Origin: Pelagomonas calceolata | Taxonomy: Eukaryota | Length of the DNA stretch: 64,000 nt | Reading direction: 5' to 3' | Assembly: GCA_918797485.1 (NCBI GenBank) | Contig: CAKKNE010000004.1 | Coordinates: 1,054,001 to 1,118,000 of the forward strand | Shown here: piece by piece, positions 59,901-64,000 of the stretch | Layout of the letters: each line of letters opens with the position of its first letter | Position numbering within the stretch: position 1 is the stretch's first letter | Position numbers and translations under genes: made by a program | The notes under the pieces: generated by a model | Database searches by the model: none | Told to the model about the DNA's origin: nothing | The model's input: the letters and a program-made list of their open reading frames with translations, nothing else

Positions 59901-61599
59901 TAGACGCATCTAACACGAGTAGAGCCGTGTACAAATTCTTCGCAACGGAAGTGAGCTGCCACGACGGGTACAGGAGCTGCTGCACCGACGGCGGCCAGTC
60001 CTTGTACTCCGGATCCTTCTCGAGGTTGTTGGCGTAGGTGATCGAGCCCTTCGAGCCGCTCAGCAGGTCGACCCGCGTCGTCGACCGCTGTTTCTCGTCA
60101 GTGGCGAGGATTAAGTCTCGCCGTTTGTTAGACTCATCTACATCGGTAGTGAGGACGTCTAGCGCTGCCAACTGCCGCAACGACGAAGCTTCGGACCGAA
60201 TACCTTGCAGCAAAGCATGTAAGGAGAACGTCGGCGAGCCGACGTCGTGAGCAGTCCCGCCTAAAAACACCAGAGCTCGCCCCGTCAAGCCGGAGTGCAT
60301 GCTATACGCGTGCGCCGTGGCTGCCGCCTCCCGCAGGTCGTCGCGGACGCGCCTCGCTGACAAACCAGCAGCATGTCTAGGAAAGTCCTGCGACAGATCT
60401 TTCAGCGTCCTCAACGGGTCCTGGGCGTCGATGGTCGCCTGCGTCGCCTGCAAGGATAGGTCCCGCAGCTTCCACACTTTTAACGAGTCCGTGGTCTCGG
60501 ACGCGAGTTGCGTCCTCAGTTCACTCAACTCCTGCTTCAGGTCGGGCCGCCTTTGAGCTAGCGTCGCGAGGTAGACGCCGCCGACCTCCTCGCCCTCCTC
60601 GAAGGACGTCGACCTGTGCATAAATCAAAATTTTACGGCGCGTTTCCATCGACGCGGCTCGATGGCGTGGCGATGTCGGTTCCTCGCCGCTCGACGGAAC
60701 CAGCGCGGCCACGTCGTCGCCGAGAAAGGACTTAGTGAAGAATTATCGGGTGCGCCCGACGCACTGGTTGATTTCCACACAGTAGTAGACGCTTGCGTGG
60801 TCGTCGTTTCTGTTGTACTATCGTCCATGTTCTTGTACTCGAGGTCCTTGATGTCCAGATTGGCCCCAAAGGCTTGTAAATGCGTTTGATTGGAAGAGCC
60901 TCGCAAATGAGACGCGTGGCGCAGGAAGTAGGTCGCTTCTGTCGCGGAGCACGCGTCGTGCCATGCTCGGAACTGTGAAGACGTGACGTCTACGATGAGT
61001 TCAATAGTCACGTCCGAGCCGTCTTCAGAGAAGGGCGTCTCCGAGCCCAACAACCGCGGTGTTTGATCGCACTGTTGAGATGTGCAGACCTGCTCCGCGG
61101 CCTTGGCTACGAGTGCAGAGACGTCCGATGCCTTACAAGCGACGTGGCGGCCGCTCGGGCCATATATGATCGCTCGTGTAGACTCGACGTCGCCACCAGG
61201 ACAAGTAGGTGCTTGCGACGCTAGCGACCGGTGGGCTTCGAGCCTCGGAGCGTAGGTCCGCACGGCCAGCGCCATCCGCAACAACGCGTGGGCGAGGCCG
61301 TCCAATTTCTTCTCCGCGGCGTCGAGCGCGATGGAGGCCATCTCCTCGTAGCCTTCACCGTCGTACGTGGAAGCTGACGAGGCCGCGCGGATCTTCTCTT
61401 TCGTCGACGCATCCCCAAAACCGTCGCCGATGGCCTCCACAAAAGACCAGTAGACGCTCCTCCCTTCGCCCGCCAGGAACTCGGCCGCCTCGAGGAGCGG
61501 CGAGACGGCGCGCGTCGGCCAGGGCGCTCTTATTGATACCTCTACGGAGCGGGCTGTGGCGTGCGTCGCTATCAGTAGAACTGCGACCGCGCGCGCCAT
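56992..61599 (-). CDS. UGGT: UDP-glucose:glycoprotein glucosyltransferase; 2 exons
   Basis: GT24 motifs YKILFLDVLFPL, YVDADQ, NLDQDLPN, WLWCESWC; exons 61599-60791 and 60613-56992. Confidence 0.95.
60614..60790 (-). mobile_element. Introner (element 60614-60782, degenerate TSD ACGTCGAC/TAGTAGAC)
   Basis: CTGTGCATAAATCAA...TTGATTTCCACACAG; internal similarity to the 31502 and 44757 elements. Confidence 0.85.
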
Positions 61600-61763
61600 G
61601 GCTGTCCGCGAGCAGAGGCGAAAGTGACTCTTGCGCCTGTGATGCCGCACAGCTCTTCGCGGCTTGCGTCGCGCTGGCGAGAGATGCGTGGCAGCGCTGC
61701 TGTGCGCTCAGCCTGCCGCAGGCGCTCTCACGACGTAAATGGCAGACTCGACTCGAGTACCGG

Positions 61764-61787
61764 GCTAGCGTGTCGATACACACTAGC
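61764..61787. promoter_or_regulatory. GCTAG...CTAGC upstream motif in a divergent intergenic region
   Basis: GCTAGCGTGTCGATACACACTAGC. Confidence 0.6.
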
Positions 61788-61957
61788 TTTCACCAAGCCC
61801 CAACTCTCGCCTGAGCCACTGCGCCCCTGCGACGCCTTTTCAGTGGTCCTACAGGCGCATTGAATACCCACCGCTGGCCGGAAGAGTGAGGGCTCCCGGG
61901 CGTCGCGCGCCGAGCCGCCGCAGCGCAAAACCAAGGAGCCGCAACCCAGGACCAACG

Positions 61958-62290
61958 ATGCTGCGCGCTGTCCTCCGGAGCGCGCGCGCCGCACCAATGA
62001 TGCCGCGCGCCGCGCCGGCCCGCGCCATGGGCGGCGGCGGTGCCCACCCGCCCTCTCCAAATCATGTGTGGACCCCGGCCGGCGGCTGGTTCGCCGACCC
62101 TCCTCAGTGGAAGCGCAACACGGTCTACGCCTTCCTGGCGCTCGGGGCCGGTTTCTTGTACGTCGGAAGTCATTCGGTGCAGCTCGAGGAGCGGCCCGTG
62201 GCGCCGAAGCACGCGATTCCGTCGGCGATGTGGAGCCGCGGTGTCAAGCCCGTCGACGACAAGTACAAGAGCGACGAGTACGTCGAGTAA
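61958..62290 (+). CDS. Mitochondrial complex I accessory subunit (NUUM/KFYI-like)
   Basis: Arg/Ala presequence; VWTPAGGWFADPPQWKRNT, TM, LEERP..P...IPS..W. Confidence 0.7.
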   Translation: MLRAVLRSARAAPMMPRAAPARAMGGGGAHPPSPNHVWTPAGGWFADPPQWKRNTVYAFLALGAGFLYVGSHSVQLEERPVAPKHAIPSAMWSRGVKPVDDKYKSDEYVE

Positions 62291-62514
62291 GGGCGTTTGT
62301 ACGTAGTGATAGGTCCCTTCCCTTCGCGTCGTCTGGCGCTCGTTTGTCGATGCGCGACGCACGACTTAAACGAGGCCGTCCGACTCGCACGCCGAACGCC
62401 GAGTCGCAGTGATTGATCGCACGAAGGAGGTGTCGCATCGCTGCGGCACGCCGTGTAGCCCGAGCAGCTGTGCATTCGCGTAGTCATCACTCCAAAATAA
62501 GACAGGGCTGCACG

Positions 62515-63141
62515 ATGCGCGTCGTCTGCGCGCTCCTCGCCAGCTCGCACGCCATCCTATTACGACGGCGGCCGGCAGCCGTCCCCGCACGCGCAGCAGC
62601 GGCACCCGACGCCGCGCCGGAGCCGTTGGTGCATCAGCGCTCGAACTGCTTCGACGCGCGCTTCGAAAGGACGGACTCTCTACCGAGGATGCACATCGAG
62701 CTCCTCCCCTCGAAGATCGACGAGGCCGACGGCCGCGCCATGGCCGAGTTTATGAGCAATGTCCTCGACCGGAACGAAGATTTCACGGCGTTCTTCGACC
62801 TGCGGCAGATGAAGGTCGGCCTGCGGTCCAAAGCTTGTTTTTCCTATGGCGTGGACTTCATGGCCCAGGAACGGCATGCATCTAGATTAGATGCACGCGT
62901 GAAGGGCGTTTGTTTGTTGGTCAAGTCGCCCGTTTTGAGAACTACCGCAAGGTGGTTGGTCGCTCTTTGTGATCCTCCCGCACCCGTGCATTTAGTCAGG
63001 GACGAGAGTGCTGCGGCGGAGATCGCGCGCTTGTTCGCTGCCGGTGAAGGGTCCATCGATGACTGTTCATTGATCGACGCCGACGAATGTTTGTTAGACG
63101 ACGTCGACGTCGAGGCCGTCGCGCGCGACAGTCCCATTTAA
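62515..63141 (+). CDS. CRAL-TRIO-like small domain protein with targeting leader
   Basis: FFDLRQM...LLVKSP........L..PPAPVHLV. Confidence 0.55.
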   Translation: MRVVCALLASSHAILLRRRPAAVPARAAAAPDAAPEPLVHQRSNCFDARFERTDSLPRMHIELLPSKIDEADGRAMAEFMSNVLDRNEDFTAFFDLRQMKVGLRSKACFSYGVDFMAQERHASRLDARVKGVCLLVKSPVLRTTARWLVALCDPPAPVHLVRDESAAAEIARLFAAGEGSIDDCSLIDADECLLDDVDVEAVARDSPI

Positions 63142-63155
63142 CGTACAATGTTGTC

Positions 63156-64000
63156 TTATGATCCTTTGAATTCGAGCGACGCCCCGTCCGGCACGCCCAG
63201 AGCATCGAGCAGCCGCTTCTGCAGCACCTTCTTCAGGCCCTTCGTCTCGAGGCCTCGCTGGGCTAGCGCCGCCCGCAAATCCTTGACCGGCATCTTCATG
63301 ATGTCGATCGGCTGCGTCGGCTCCGGGTTCCGTTCGCTCTCGGGCACTATATCCGGTTTCGGCGCTCTCGTCCCATCTTTGAGCGTGATGGAGCCGCGCA
63401 CGGGCGTCGCGGTCTCGACGGCCATTTTCCTAGGGTTCGCGGAGAAGCGCGGCTTCGCTCTCCGTCCTCGTCGCAGCGACACGCCGAAGCTGCCGCCGGC
63501 CACCGAGGGCGTCGCGGGCGTCGCGGGCGCGGGCGGCGGCGTGTCGCAGGCCTTCCCGTACCTTCGCGCGCCTTTACTATCGACGGAAACGGGATCGGCC
63601 CGCTCCGCGACATCGTTGCCCTCGTCGTCCAGATGTCTACAAAGAGGCTTCAGGGGCGTCAGAGGACTCACAGAGGAACTTTTCCTCACGGAAACGCGGC
63701 CGCACAGCCGCAGCGCCGCGTCCAGCACGGGCAAAGGACATCTATCTAGTCTCCCAGGTTGCACGTAGCACGGAGCATGGCCCCACCGGAAATGATCGAT
63801 ATTATCCGAACCGATCCACTGGAGACAACAAGCCACGAAGTCCGCCGGTTCCACGTCCTCCAAACCCAAGCGACTGAGCAATTCGTCCCACTCATTCTCC
63901 TCAAGTTCCTGCGCCCAGCCGTACTCGCCCATGCCTCGGTCAAAAAGGACTTGCGGCGCCCGGCGCGACAAATTACGGATACTGCCAAAACCTTCTTCCC
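63156..64000 (-). CDS. 3' part of a SAP-domain protein
   Basis: MPVKDLRAALAQRGLETKGLKKVLQKRL; frame open to the window edge. Confidence 0.75.
   Translation of the reverse strand, partial: EEGFGSIRNLSRRAPQVLFDRGMGEYGWAQELEENEWDELLSRLGLEDVEPADFVACCLQWIGSDNIDHFRWGHAPCYVQPGRLDRCPLPVLDAALRLCGRVSVRKSSSVSPLTPLKPLCRHLDDEGNDVAERADPVSVDSKGARRYGKACDTPPPAPATPATPSVAGGSFGVSLRRGRRAKPRFSANPRKMAVETATPVRGSITLKDGTRAPKPDIVPESERNPEPTQPIDIMKMPVKDLRAALAQRGLETKGLKKVLQKRLLDALGVPDGASLEFKGS

Noticed and set aside
1..64000. Autonomous transposase, reverse transcriptase, viral insertion, rRNA or tRNA
   Set aside because: No DDE, RT, Rep/helicase or capsid motifs and no structured RNA genes recognised by eye

Overview
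GC-rich, gene-dense eukaryotic nuclear DNA with about 45 genes in 64 kb, short intergenic spacers and few introns. Bipartite plastid-type leaders, RPA1, PSMA1, UGGT, NDOR1 and short TIR/TSD-bounded introns point to a pelagophyte-like stramenopile alga (Pelagomonas/Aureococcus type); this assignment is inference. No rRNA, tRNA or CRISPR array was recognised. Non-routine structure: (1) a MITE-like introner family (CTGTGTGGAAATCAA terminal inverted repeats, ~8-bp target duplications, GT or GC donors, apparently spliced in both orientations); (2) a ~24-bp GCTAG...CTAGC motif seen 16 times, always upstream of gene starts; (3) a dispersed MYND-RINGv-TPR family with three full copies and two fragments, whose N- and C-terminal modules appear shuffled; (4) a locus between a transporter gene and RPA1 where the same two flanks occur twice but enclose unrelated surface-protein genes; (5) orphan gene 3' ends, a head-to-head deletion junction, a duplicated ET-domain membrane protein and a ribokinase-RpiA fusion. 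All domain calls are by-eye motif recognition, and all splice models come from frame restoration without RNA data.
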